From positions 1 to 51,197 of the forward strand of contig DAOLBU010000002.1 in NCBI GenBank assembly GCA_035324355.1: a stretch of DNA of 51,197 bases, written 5' to 3'. Shown one piece after another: positions 1 to 7,936 of this stretch (position 1 is the stretch's first letter; every line of letters starts with the position of its first letter). The DNA is from Minisyncoccota bacterium. Its GTDB lineage: Bacteria > Patescibacteriota > Minisyncoccia > Phycocordibacterales > UBA918. The position numbers and the translations under genes were made by a program. The notes beneath the pieces were generated by a model. That model did no database searches. It saw only the letters and a list, made by a program, of their open reading frames with translations, and was not told where the DNA came from.

Positions 1-79
1 AAATGTTTCATTGTTTTCTATTTTAGAGTGTTCGGTTTCAAAGGTGAACTCGGGATAAATCAATGAGGGGAGAGGGAGG

Positions 80-685
80 ATGAAAAAGCGAAAGATTTTT
101 CAAATCGCCATCCTTGCCAATGATGTTGGCAAGGATGGGAACACATTGGGTGAGGGCACAAAAGCTCGTTGTGATTGTGCTCTAGCGCAAATCCGCACCT
201 GGTTGTGTCAAACGCCTGAAGTTGGTCCTGCTCAAACGGTAGTAATTTATATCGCTACGGGAAAAGGCGGGCGTTGGCGCGGAGCGACGACCTTCGCTGC
301 AGCGATGGCAGAGTACCTTCGAACGAACTTGGGGAATGAAGCTGCTCGGTGTGGATTTGTTATCAATGAGGGAGAGGTTCAAATCTGGAGTACCTGGAGT
401 GAACTGAAGTGGATTTTTTCGGCGAGCGAGGATCAAACCACACCTTTTCCTTGCTTGATGGTTTATGAACCAGTACGGTTCGTGACTAACCAAATTCACT
501 CGAGGCGGGTTCGATGCATCAAAGAACACTTCCTGCCTGAGTACTCTATGGGTGAGTTCGTCTTCAGCAATGAAGCGCCGCCTCATCGTTTGCATGAGAT
601 GTGTGCCTACATTAAGCTGGCGCTCTATTATTTCGGCCTAGGACCACTTCTTGAACCGTTACGGCGCCAATTCTACAATGGATAA
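80..685 (+). CDS. hypothetical protein (weak DUF218/YdcF-like resemblance)
   Basis: 201-aa ORF preceded by purine-rich GGAGAGGGAGG and followed by a hairpin plus T-run. The functional resemblance (GKGG..AAMAEYL..STWSE) is weak. Confidence 0.45.
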   Translation: MKKRKIFQIAILANDVGKDGNTLGEGTKARCDCALAQIRTWLCQTPEVGPAQTVVIYIATGKGGRWRGATTFAAAMAEYLRTNLGNEAARCGFVINEGEVQIWSTWSELKWIFSASEDQTTPFPCLMVYEPVRFVTNQIHSRRVRCIKEHFLPEYSMGEFVFSNEAPPHRLHEMCAYIKLALYYFGLGPLLEPLRRQFYNG

Positions 686-694
686 GCGCTCACG

Positions 695-731
695 ACCGGT
701 CGCCACTCTTACAAAGAGGCGACCGGTTTTT
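695..731 (+). terminator. rho-independent terminator candidate
   Basis: ACCGGTCGCC (695-704) pairs with GGCGACCGGT (718-727) around a 13-nt loop, followed by TTTT(T). Confidence 0.5.
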
Positions 732-775
732 CAAAGGAGCTTTTCAAATTTTGGGGACGTGCTAGGCTAATTAAT

Positions 776-1462
776 ATGGAAAAAATAGAGGGTCTATTAT
801 CAATCGTGGCTACACCAATTGGGAACCTAGAGGACATTACCTTACGGGCACTTAGGGTGCTTGGAGAGGCTGACTATGTGCTTTGTGAAGATACACGAGT
901 GACAGGGAAGTTATTGCATCATCATGGTATCAAAGCAAAAATGAAGCGTTATGATGCCCATGCTTCAGAGAAAACTCACCAGGAGGTGCTTAGTGACCTT
1001 GAATCGGGGACGAAAGTATCTTTAGTCTCTGATGCTGGCACTCCCGGAATTAGTGATCCTGGTGTGTTGCTCGTCACCCAAGCACGCCGGCGAGGTATTA
1101 AGATTGAAACGATACCTGGTGCCTCAGCTGTAGCGGCCGCGTTTTCGATTGCCGGTATCGCCGGTAATCAGTTTTCTTTCTTGGGTTTTGTGCCGCAGAA
1201 AAAGGGACGTGAAACTTTTTTTAAGTCATTAGCCGATTATGAGGCCCCGGTCATTTTTTTTGAATCGGTCCATCGCATCGAAAAGACTCTGGATGCTCTA
1301 GTGAAGTTCTTACCAGAGGGAGCTAAGGTGACGGTGGCTCGTGAATTGACCAAACTGCATGAGGAAATTGTCCAAGGCGAAGCTACGGAAGTGGAGGCTT
1401 ATTTTAGAGAGAATCAAGATCATGTTCGAGGTGAGTTTGTGGTTTTGGTAAGTTTCGGTTAA
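776..1462 (+). CDS. rsmI: 16S rRNA (cytidine1402-2'-O)-methyltransferase RsmI
   Basis: LSIVATPIGNLEDITLRALRVL..ADYVLCEDTR and SDAGTPGISDPG motifs. The length of 228 aa is typical of the tetrapyrrole-methylase-fold RsmI. Confidence 0.9.
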   Translation: MEKIEGLLSIVATPIGNLEDITLRALRVLGEADYVLCEDTRVTGKLLHHHGIKAKMKRYDAHASEKTHQEVLSDLESGTKVSLVSDAGTPGISDPGVLLVTQARRRGIKIETIPGASAVAAAFSIAGIAGNQFSFLGFVPQKKGRETFFKSLADYEAPVIFFESVHRIEKTLDALVKFLPEGAKVTVARELTKLHEEIVQGEATEVEAYFRENQDHVRGEFVVLVSFG

Positions 1463-1653
1463 GTTTATTACAATATACTTCCATATTTGTTTGTATCCTG
1501 GCTCTTCTTGGCAGAGCACTACAGCTAGTTACTCCCTTTGGGGTCGTAACGTAGCTAAGTGCCTGCATAAATTCAAAATAGTCGCTGACGCTCCTTTTTT
1601 CATTTAAATTTGTCGTTTTGGTGAGTTAGTTTTCTCCCCAGTAGTTACTATTT

Positions 1654-1681
1654 TTGATTTCCGACAAACATACGGTATACT
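1654..1681 (+). promoter_or_regulatory. sigma70-like promoter candidate (TTGATT-16-TATACT)
   Basis: -35 at 1654-1659 and -10 at 1676-1681. The -10 ends 7 nt before ATG 1689, and there is no Shine-Dalgarno sequence in between. Confidence 0.35.
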
Positions 1682-1688
1682 GCCAAAT

Positions 1689-1931
1689 ATGTCTAAAGAA
1701 ACGCTAGTCTTCCTCACGGGAATTATTCTCACGCTTGTTCCGTTTCTTGGGGTCCCGGAAAGTTGGAAGCAATACGCAGTTGCTGTTTTTGGGGCTTTTT
1801 TAATAATTGTTGGTTATTTGCTCCGTCGCGCGCTTTATTATACGAAAATTGACCGAGGTAATGGAGAAAGAGGCGACGAATCATTTGTGGAGACAACTCA
1901 ACAACTTTTCACTGAGCGCGAGCTACAATAG
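1689..1931 (+). CDS. small membrane protein (2 predicted TM helices)
   Basis: 80-aa ORF with two hydrophobic stretches (LVFLTGIILTLVPFLGV, YAVAVFGAFLIIVGYLL). It lies directly upstream of the next gene. Confidence 0.5.
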   Translation: MSKETLVFLTGIILTLVPFLGVPESWKQYAVAVFGAFLIIVGYLLRRALYYTKIDRGNGERGDESFVETTQQLFTERELQ

Positions 1932-1942
1932 GGGTATACCCT

Positions 1943-3265
1943 ATGATAAATTACATCGGCATCTCAATCATCAGTCTCCTCACTGTTGTGGCGCTTTTAA
2001 GTCATGCCTCGATTCCGCGTAGTGACTTAGCTTATCAAAAGCCATCAGAAGCAGTTTCAGTTATGGATGCTAATGAAGCGGAAACAAAACCTGAACTTGT
2101 AGTTGCTCCAAAACCAGCTGTGACCCACGTGCCTTTGCCGCCACAGGTTAAAGCAATTTATATGACGTCATGTGTTGCTGGGACACCAAATTTTCGTGAA
2201 CGCTTACTTAAGCTAGTTAGCGAAACTGAAATTAACAGTATTGTTTTAGACATCAAGGATTATTCGGGAACCATTTCTTTTTTGCCAGATAGTGAAGCTT
2301 GGCTGCCAGCTTGGCAAAACGCCCGTTGTGGAGCTAGGGATATGCGGGAGTTAATCAGTCTCATGCATGAACAAAATATTTTTGTCATTGGTCGAATTAC
2401 GGTTTTCCAAGATCCATTTGAGGCGGAGCGCCGTCCTCATCTAGCGGTAAAAAAACTCGACGGACAAACCAATTGGAAAGACGGCAAAGGCTTGTCATTT
2501 ATTGATGTGGCTGCCCGTGAATATTGGGATCATATCGTGGACTTAGCGGTTGATTCTTACAATATTGGTTTTGATGAATTAAATTTTGACTACGTACGTT
2601 ATCCAAGTGACGGCAACATGCGCGATATTTCTTTCCCGCATTCAGCTGGGTCGAATTGGCCAAACGATAAACAAGCAAACCTCGAAGCATTTTTTGCTTA
2701 CTTAAAAGAAAAGATGGATGACGAGAGTCTCTTTGCCGACTTTGATCATCAAAACACCGGACGAGCTTCATCGACTCCTTGGACTTCGGCAGATTTATTT
2801 GGTATGACCACAACTAATTTTGATGACCTTTCTATTGGGCAAGTGCAAGAACGGGCAGCGCCGTATTTTGATTTTATCGCTCCGATGGTTTATCCGTCTC
2901 ATTATCCACCAAACTACTTAGGTTTAGGTAATCCAAACCTGGTTCCATATAAAATTGTGCATCACGCTATGTCTGCTGGAGTAGAGCGGATGAAAGCTAG
3001 TACCACTAGAATGCAAGGCTTTCTCCATGAGCGTATTGGCACCAGTACACCAGCAGTGTATCAAAAGCCAGTTTTTGGTGCGGATCGACTCCGAACTTGG
3101 ATTCAAGATTTTGATTATGGTGGTAATTATGATGTTGCTGAAGTCAGGGCTCAGATTCAGGCGAGCTATGACGCGGGCGTAATGTCTTGGATGATTTGGG
3201 CTCCTTCAAATATTTATACTAAAGGAGCACTACGTCCGCCGCTAACATACGAAGTGCCAGAGTAG
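1943..3265 (+). CDS. putative glycoside hydrolase, GHL/DUF4015 (COG1306) TIM-barrel family, membrane anchored
   Basis: N-terminal TM helix, then IKAIYMTS..INSIVLDIKDYSG..FDELNFDYVRYP, which is characteristic of the family. Confidence 0.65.
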   Translation: MINYIGISIISLLTVVALLSHASIPRSDLAYQKPSEAVSVMDANEAETKPELVVAPKPAVTHVPLPPQVKAIYMTSCVAGTPNFRERLLKLVSETEINSIVLDIKDYSGTISFLPDSEAWLPAWQNARCGARDMRELISLMHEQNIFVIGRITVFQDPFEAERRPHLAVKKLDGQTNWKDGKGLSFIDVAAREYWDHIVDLAVDSYNIGFDELNFDYVRYPSDGNMRDISFPHSAGSNWPNDKQANLEAFFAYLKEKMDDESLFADFDHQNTGRASSTPWTSADLFGMTTTNFDDLSIGQVQERAAPYFDFIAPMVYPSHYPPNYLGLGNPNLVPYKIVHHAMSAGVERMKASTTRMQGFLHERIGTSTPAVYQKPVFGADRLRTWIQDFDYGGNYDVAEVRAQIQASYDAGVMSWMIWAPSNIYTKGALRPPLTYEVPE

Positions 3266-3307
3266 TCATTACATACTTACCTTGAATCGGTTTTATTGAA
3301 AAGTGTT

Positions 3308-3336
3308 TTGGAAGAAAACAAGTGTGGGGGTATAAT
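3308..3336 (+). promoter_or_regulatory. sigma70-like promoter candidate (TTGGAA-17-TATAAT)
   Basis: Perfect TATAAT at 3331-3336, ending 7 nt before ATG 3344. -35-like TTGGAA at 3308-3313. Confidence 0.35.
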
Positions 3337-3343
3337 TTATCTT

Positions 3344-5437
3344 ATGAGTTTTGATCCTGAAAAAATTACTTTCTTTGCTAAGACTGATGCTCGTAGTCAG
3401 CAAGTACCTTTTGGTATTAAGGCTAAAGATCGTCAGCGTCATATGTACATAGTCGGGAAGACGGGAATGGGTAAATCGACTCTGCTCGAGAACATGGCTG
3501 TGCAAGATATTCAAAACGGCGAGGGGATGGCTTTTATTGATCCTCACGGCTCAGCCGCCGAAACTCTCCTTGACTATATACCGGAGCACCGTTTAAATGA
3601 TGTGGTTTATTTTGCGCCTTTTGATACGGGTAATCCAATTTCTTTTAATGTGATGGAAGATGTTGATCCGGATAAACGACACTTAGTGGTCTCCGGGTTA
3701 ATGTCGACCTTTAAGAAAATTTGGGTGGATGCTTGGAGTGCGCGTATGGAATACATTCTGACTAACGCCTTGCTAGCTATTATTGAATATCCTGACACTA
3801 CTTTGCTTTCGGTTAACCGGTTGTTTTCTGATAAAGTATTTCGGAAGCAAGTGGTTGATTATATTAAAGACCCGGCCGTTAAAGCTTTTTGGGTTGATGA
3901 GTTCGCTAACTATACCGATCGTTTTGCCGCTGAAGCTCTGCCAGCAATTCAAAATAAAATTGGTCAATTCACTGGTAACCCACTGATCCGCAACATCATT
4001 GGTCAGCCGCATTCCAGTTTTGATATCAGGAAGATTATGGACGAAAGGAAAATTCTGATTATGAACCTGTCAAAAGGCTTGATTGGGGAGACTAATGCCA
4101 ACTTGCTCGGCTCCATGCTCACTACCCGTATCTATCTAGCCGCGATGAGTCGGGCCGACCTACCGGTAGCGCAGATGAAGAAGATGCCGAACTTTTATTT
4201 TTACGTGGATGAGTTTCAATCGTTTGCTAATGCGACCTTTGCAAATATTCTTTCGGAGGCACGAAAGTACCACCTGAACTTAATTATTGCGCACCAATAT
4301 ATTGCTCAGATGGAAGAAGAGGTTCGTGATGCAGTTTTTGGTAACGTTGGTACAACGGTAGCTTTTCGAGTGGGACCGTTTGATGCGGAAGTCCTTGAGA
4401 CGGTCTTTACGCCACGTTTTTTGGCAGCGGATTTAGTTAATCTTGGCTTTGCGCAAATTTATTTAACTTTGATGATTGATGGTATCGGCTCGCAGCCTTT
4501 TTCAGCGTTGACTTTGCCCCCGATAGCGCCACCAAGTATTTCTTGCAAAGATATGGTGATTGCCGCTAGCCGCCGGAATTATACGAAAAGTCGAGAAGTA
4601 GTTGAGAAAATGGTGATAGACGTTCATCAGGCGGTTAAAGAAGATAAAACCAAAACTGAAAAAAGTAATCAGCAACAAGCGGCTGATCGTATAAAAAGTA
4701 ATGGGAGTAATGGCGATAAGTCTAATTTTGAAGAGCGAAAAGTAGCTTCACCACCAAAGATTACCAAGAAAGTGGAAACTGAGCCGAGAGCGTCTGTTAA
4801 TCGAAATGCAGCGGCCACTCCCACGATGCCATTGGTCTCATCACCAAAACCAATAAGTAAAGAACCGATAGAAATAAAGACAGTGTCTGAGGTAAGACGA
4901 CATACGGTGGAAGCTAAATCACCTTCAGACTTAAAGGCGATTTTGTCTCAGATAAGTGCTGCAGAAAAAAAAGGTCCAGAACCGATGAAAAAAAGTACAA
5001 ACTCAGTCACTTTGAAAAACCAAGCGCCCGCAGAAGATTTACGTAGCGCCTTAGCTGCTATTTTAAAACAAGCTGAGACGATAGCGCCTGACACAAAAAC
5101 CACTATTAAAGAGAGTAGTGTTGATATAAAGACAAAGAGCGTGACGGTCAAGCAAGAGCCGATCAACCAAAATCGAACACCAAGATCCGCTCCAGCACCA
5201 AGTTCATCTCCTGCGCCGCATCACCCGACTACACCTCCAACAACCCAACCCCACAAACCCGAGGAGCGACTTGAATTAGAGCGTTTAGCGGCGGAAGCGG
5301 AAGAAGCGTTTGTCTTGCTCGAGACCAATCATGCAGCAGCGAATTCTTCCTCGGTCGCGGACGACCCGCTGGCGCCCAAAAAATTAGAACGTTTGTTCCG
5401 ACAAGCGAAAGACGAAAGGTCACCTTTTGCCTCATAA
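3344..5437 (+). CDS. type IV coupling protein-like (VirD4/TraD/TraG-D_C family) P-loop ATPase, soluble, with a disordered C-terminal tail
   Basis: Walker A GKTGMGKST, Walker B FYFYVDEFQ, and LIIAHQYIAQM..GNVGTTVAFRVG. There is no N-terminal TM helix. ATG 3344 is preferred over the TTG at 3296. Confidence 0.75.
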   Translation: MSFDPEKITFFAKTDARSQQVPFGIKAKDRQRHMYIVGKTGMGKSTLLENMAVQDIQNGEGMAFIDPHGSAAETLLDYIPEHRLNDVVYFAPFDTGNPISFNVMEDVDPDKRHLVVSGLMSTFKKIWVDAWSARMEYILTNALLAIIEYPDTTLLSVNRLFSDKVFRKQVVDYIKDPAVKAFWVDEFANYTDRFAAEALPAIQNKIGQFTGNPLIRNIIGQPHSSFDIRKIMDERKILIMNLSKGLIGETNANLLGSMLTTRIYLAAMSRADLPVAQMKKMPNFYFYVDEFQSFANATFANILSEARKYHLNLIIAHQYIAQMEEEVRDAVFGNVGTTVAFRVGPFDAEVLETVFTPRFLAADLVNLGFAQIYLTLMIDGIGSQPFSALTLPPIAPPSISCKDMVIAASRRNYTKSREVVEKMVIDVHQAVKEDKTKTEKSNQQQAADRIKSNGSNGDKSNFEERKVASPPKITKKVETEPRASVNRNAAATPTMPLVSSPKPISKEPIEIKTVSEVRRHTVEAKSPSDLKAILSQISAAEKKGPEPMKKSTNSVTLKNQAPAEDLRSALAAILKQAETIAPDTKTTIKESSVDIKTKSVTVKQEPINQNRTPRSAPAPSSSPAPHHPTTPPTTQPHKPEERLELERLAAEAEEAFVLLETNHAAANSSSVADDPLAPKKLERLFRQAKDERSPFAS

Positions 5438-5441
5438 ATAT

Positions 5442-6860
5442 ATGCGATCGTATTGTTTAGGAATTAGTTTAATTTTTCTACTCCATGCGGGTATAGCAGA
5501 TGCGTCTGTCAGTATTAATGAGGTAGCTTGGATGGGAAGTACTGCTTCGGCTAACCATGAATGGATTGAACTTTATAATAGCGGCGAAGCAGTTAGTGTT
5601 GATGGTTGGGTTTTAAGCGATGGGATGAATCTTAATATTAATCTGACTGGAACTATTACTTCAGGTAACTATGCGGTTTTAGAACGTACGAGCGATGATT
5701 CAGCTGCTGGTACCGCTTTCTTAATTTACACTGGAGCTTTAGTTAATACCGGTGCTACATTAACCTTAAAGGATGGTAATGGCGGTATTGTGGACCAAGT
5801 CGCTGGGGGTGAAAATTGGCAAAATATTGGCGGGGATAATGTAACTAAAGAAACAGCGCAGTATACACAAAGCGGCTGGGTGACGGATGCACCAACTCCC
5901 GGAGCGGTTAATGGTACTGGTCGAGTCAGTCCGCCTCCAAGTAGTGGCACGCCACCTGCCTCAGGGGGTAGCAGTAGTAGTGGTCAGGCAGCGGCAGCGC
6001 GTAAAGTTGAGTCAGTTAATCTAAAAAACCCAGAAACGAAATTAACTTTAAAAATTGAAGCCCAAAGTATTGGTTACGTAAATCAACCGGTCCCTTTTTA
6101 TGTGACGGCTAGTGGATTAGATGAAAATTCGCAGCGAACAGTTTTTTATGAATGGAATTTTGGTGATAGTTACCAAGATGATGGTAAGCGGCTGTCGCAT
6201 CAGTATTCTTATCCTGGAGAATATTTAGTAACGGTTTTTGCCCGTAAAGACAAAAATGAACAAACAGCCACCCATAAGATTACGATTTTGCCAGTAAATT
6301 TTTCTTTAAGTCTTAATTCTGCCGGAGATGTTCAAATTCATAATAATTCCGCCTATGATGTCGACCTTTCTGGTTATAGCCTGAAAGGAAGTAGAGAAGT
6401 GGTTTTTCCGCCCCGGTCCGTGGTGTTGGCTAAGGCGACTATTACGGTAGCGGGCAGTCGACTAAAGACGACTTATCAGGATATCGTGATGTTGTATGAC
6501 GGGAATAGGAATGTGATTGCTTCCACTCTTCCTAAGTTAGTAGTAGCTGAGCCGCTTTTAGGGTCGGTGGTGGAGGCGAAGAAAACGACACAGTCGTTTT
6601 CTTCGCCTCCACGCGCCCAAACCACCAATTCAACTTTTAATACTACTCCAAGTGAACCAGAGGCTGAGGCAGCAGTAATTTTAGATCTACCTACAGAAGA
6701 GGAATTATTAGCCGATCAGGATTTTTCCCCTACTCCAGAACCTAATCCTGACTCAGACTCTCGGAATGTACGGTGGCCTTACCTAGCTTTAATCGGATTG
6801 ATTCTGATTGCCTACGGCGCTATCTTTTTTGGACGAAAAGGGAACTCAAGTAACCAATAG
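5442..6860 (+). CDS. surface protein: signal peptide, lamin-tail domain (LTD), PKD domain, second LTD-like domain, C-terminal TM anchor
   Basis: LTD signature: INEVAWMGS..EWIELYNSGEAVSVDGWVLSD. PKD signature: YEWNFGDS..HQYSYPGEYLVTVFA. Second LTD-like stretch: VQIHNNSAYDVDLSGYSLKG. C-terminal hydrophobic anchor: LALIGLILIAYGAIFF. ATG 5442 follows the upstream stop by 4 nt. Confidence 0.75.
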   Translation: MRSYCLGISLIFLLHAGIADASVSINEVAWMGSTASANHEWIELYNSGEAVSVDGWVLSDGMNLNINLTGTITSGNYAVLERTSDDSAAGTAFLIYTGALVNTGATLTLKDGNGGIVDQVAGGENWQNIGGDNVTKETAQYTQSGWVTDAPTPGAVNGTGRVSPPPSSGTPPASGGSSSSGQAAAARKVESVNLKNPETKLTLKIEAQSIGYVNQPVPFYVTASGLDENSQRTVFYEWNFGDSYQDDGKRLSHQYSYPGEYLVTVFARKDKNEQTATHKITILPVNFSLSLNSAGDVQIHNNSAYDVDLSGYSLKGSREVVFPPRSVVLAKATITVAGSRLKTTYQDIVMLYDGNRNVIASTLPKLVVAEPLLGSVVEAKKTTQSFSSPPRAQTTNSTFNTTPSEPEAEAAVILDLPTEEELLADQDFSPTPEPNPDSDSRNVRWPYLALIGLILIAYGAIFFGRKGNSSNQ

Positions 6861-6883
6861 TAGATGACGGTAGTTATAAAAAC

Positions 6884-7885
6884 ATGGTTAAGAAAAAAGT
6901 GGTGGTCGTCGGCGGGGGCACGGGTACACATACGGTTTTGCGTGGTTTACGTCGTTTTGCTAATACTTTAGATATTGCAGCCGTCGTCAGTATGGCTGAT
7001 TCGGGAGGTTCGACCGGACGACTCCGTGATGAGTTTGGTCTGTTACCGATTGGTGATGTCCGTAATGCTCTGACAGCTTTAGCTGCTGAGGGAGATAAGT
7101 ACGACTCGCTCATGCGGCAGTTGTTTTTGTATCGCTTTGACAAGGGACAAGGTTTACAAGGCCATAATTTTGGTAATTTACTTTTAACCGCTTTGACAGA
7201 TATTTTAGGTGACGAAGTCCAGGCTATAGACGCTGCTTCGCATCTACTTAAAGTATCTGGTCGAGTTTTGCCAGTGACCACAAATAATTCTCAACTTGTA
7301 GCACTGTATGAAGATGGTTCTGTTATCGAAGGCGAAAGTCAAATAGAAGACAGTACTGCACATTTGTCTCAGGCCAGAATAAAGGCTTTATCTTTAAATC
7401 CCAAATCGTACATTAGTGGGCCAGCGGCCCAGGCCATTATGGAGGCAGATATGATTGTTTTAGGTCCTGGAGATCTTTACACTAGTGTGTTAGCTAATTG
7501 TATTGTTACTGGTTTTACTGAAGCTTTAAAATCAAGCCAAGCGACAGTGGTATATGTCTGTAATTTAATGACTTGCCGCGGTCAGACTATTGGCATGCAT
7601 GCCTCAGAGCATATAGAAGAAATCAGAAAATATATCGGTCGGTGGCCAGACGTTGCTTTAGTCAACAATTCAATTTTTGATTCCGAACTTCTTGGGCGCT
7701 ACCAGGAGGAGGGCGCCCATCCAGTACTCAATAATTGTGTAGGTGATACCTGTACGATTGCTGCCTTGCCTTTAGTTGGGCAAGAAGAAATAATTTTGAG
7801 TTCAGGCGATGTTGTTAAACGAAGTTTGATTCGACACGATTCAGATTTTTTAGCGCGGACTTTAGTTTCACTTATGCCAAACTAG
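6884..7885 (+). CDS. yvcK: YvcK/CofD-family (UPF0052) gluconeogenesis/cell-shape factor
   Basis: VVVGGGTGTHTVLRGL, MADSGGSTGRLRDEFGLLPIGDVRN and VLGPGDLYTS. Confidence 0.85.
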   Translation: MVKKKVVVVGGGTGTHTVLRGLRRFANTLDIAAVVSMADSGGSTGRLRDEFGLLPIGDVRNALTALAAEGDKYDSLMRQLFLYRFDKGQGLQGHNFGNLLLTALTDILGDEVQAIDAASHLLKVSGRVLPVTTNNSQLVALYEDGSVIEGESQIEDSTAHLSQARIKALSLNPKSYISGPAAQAIMEADMIVLGPGDLYTSVLANCIVTGFTEALKSSQATVVYVCNLMTCRGQTIGMHASEHIEEIRKYIGRWPDVALVNNSIFDSELLGRYQEEGAHPVLNNCVGDTCTIAALPLVGQEEIILSSGDVVKRSLIRHDSDFLARTLVSLMPN

Positions 7886-7936
7886 CGAGGGAAGATATCT
7901 TTTCTAGTGCCCGTGACAAGGTATACTAGTAGTGAT

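Noticed and set aside
507-517. GGGTTCGATGC, a tRNA T-arm-like string.
   Set aside because: It lies inside the 80..685 CDS. I could not draw an acceptor stem or anticodon arm around it.
182-595. Antisense or overlapping shadow ORFs inside well-supported genes, e.g. 182..595(-), 1807..2022(+), 6874..7281(-), 19733..20089(+), 25310..25714(-), 34282..34662(+), 35605..35922(+), 37157..37513(-), 38150..38476(-).
   Set aside because: Each is fully embedded in, or antisense to, a CDS with clear family motifs. Their translations are low complexity with no recognisable domains.
3296-3343. N-terminal extensions in the ORF track that use TTG/GTG or upstream ATG starts: 3296, 5427, 7907, 10248, 13976, 17807, 24953, 36611, 36699, 44185.
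   Set aside because: The downstream ATGs give N-termini matching family consensus (e.g. [32 protein letters not shown]..). They also remove long overlaps with upstream genes, or sit at the -10/SD spacing noted above. The extensions themselves have no conserved features. The 7907 case remains ambiguous.
3344-5437. A complete type IV secretion or conjugation system.
   Set aside because: Only the coupling-protein-like ATPase is present. No VirB4, VirB6, VirB8-10, relaxase or pilin genes are adjacent, and the neighbours are a glycoside hydrolase-like gene and yvcK.
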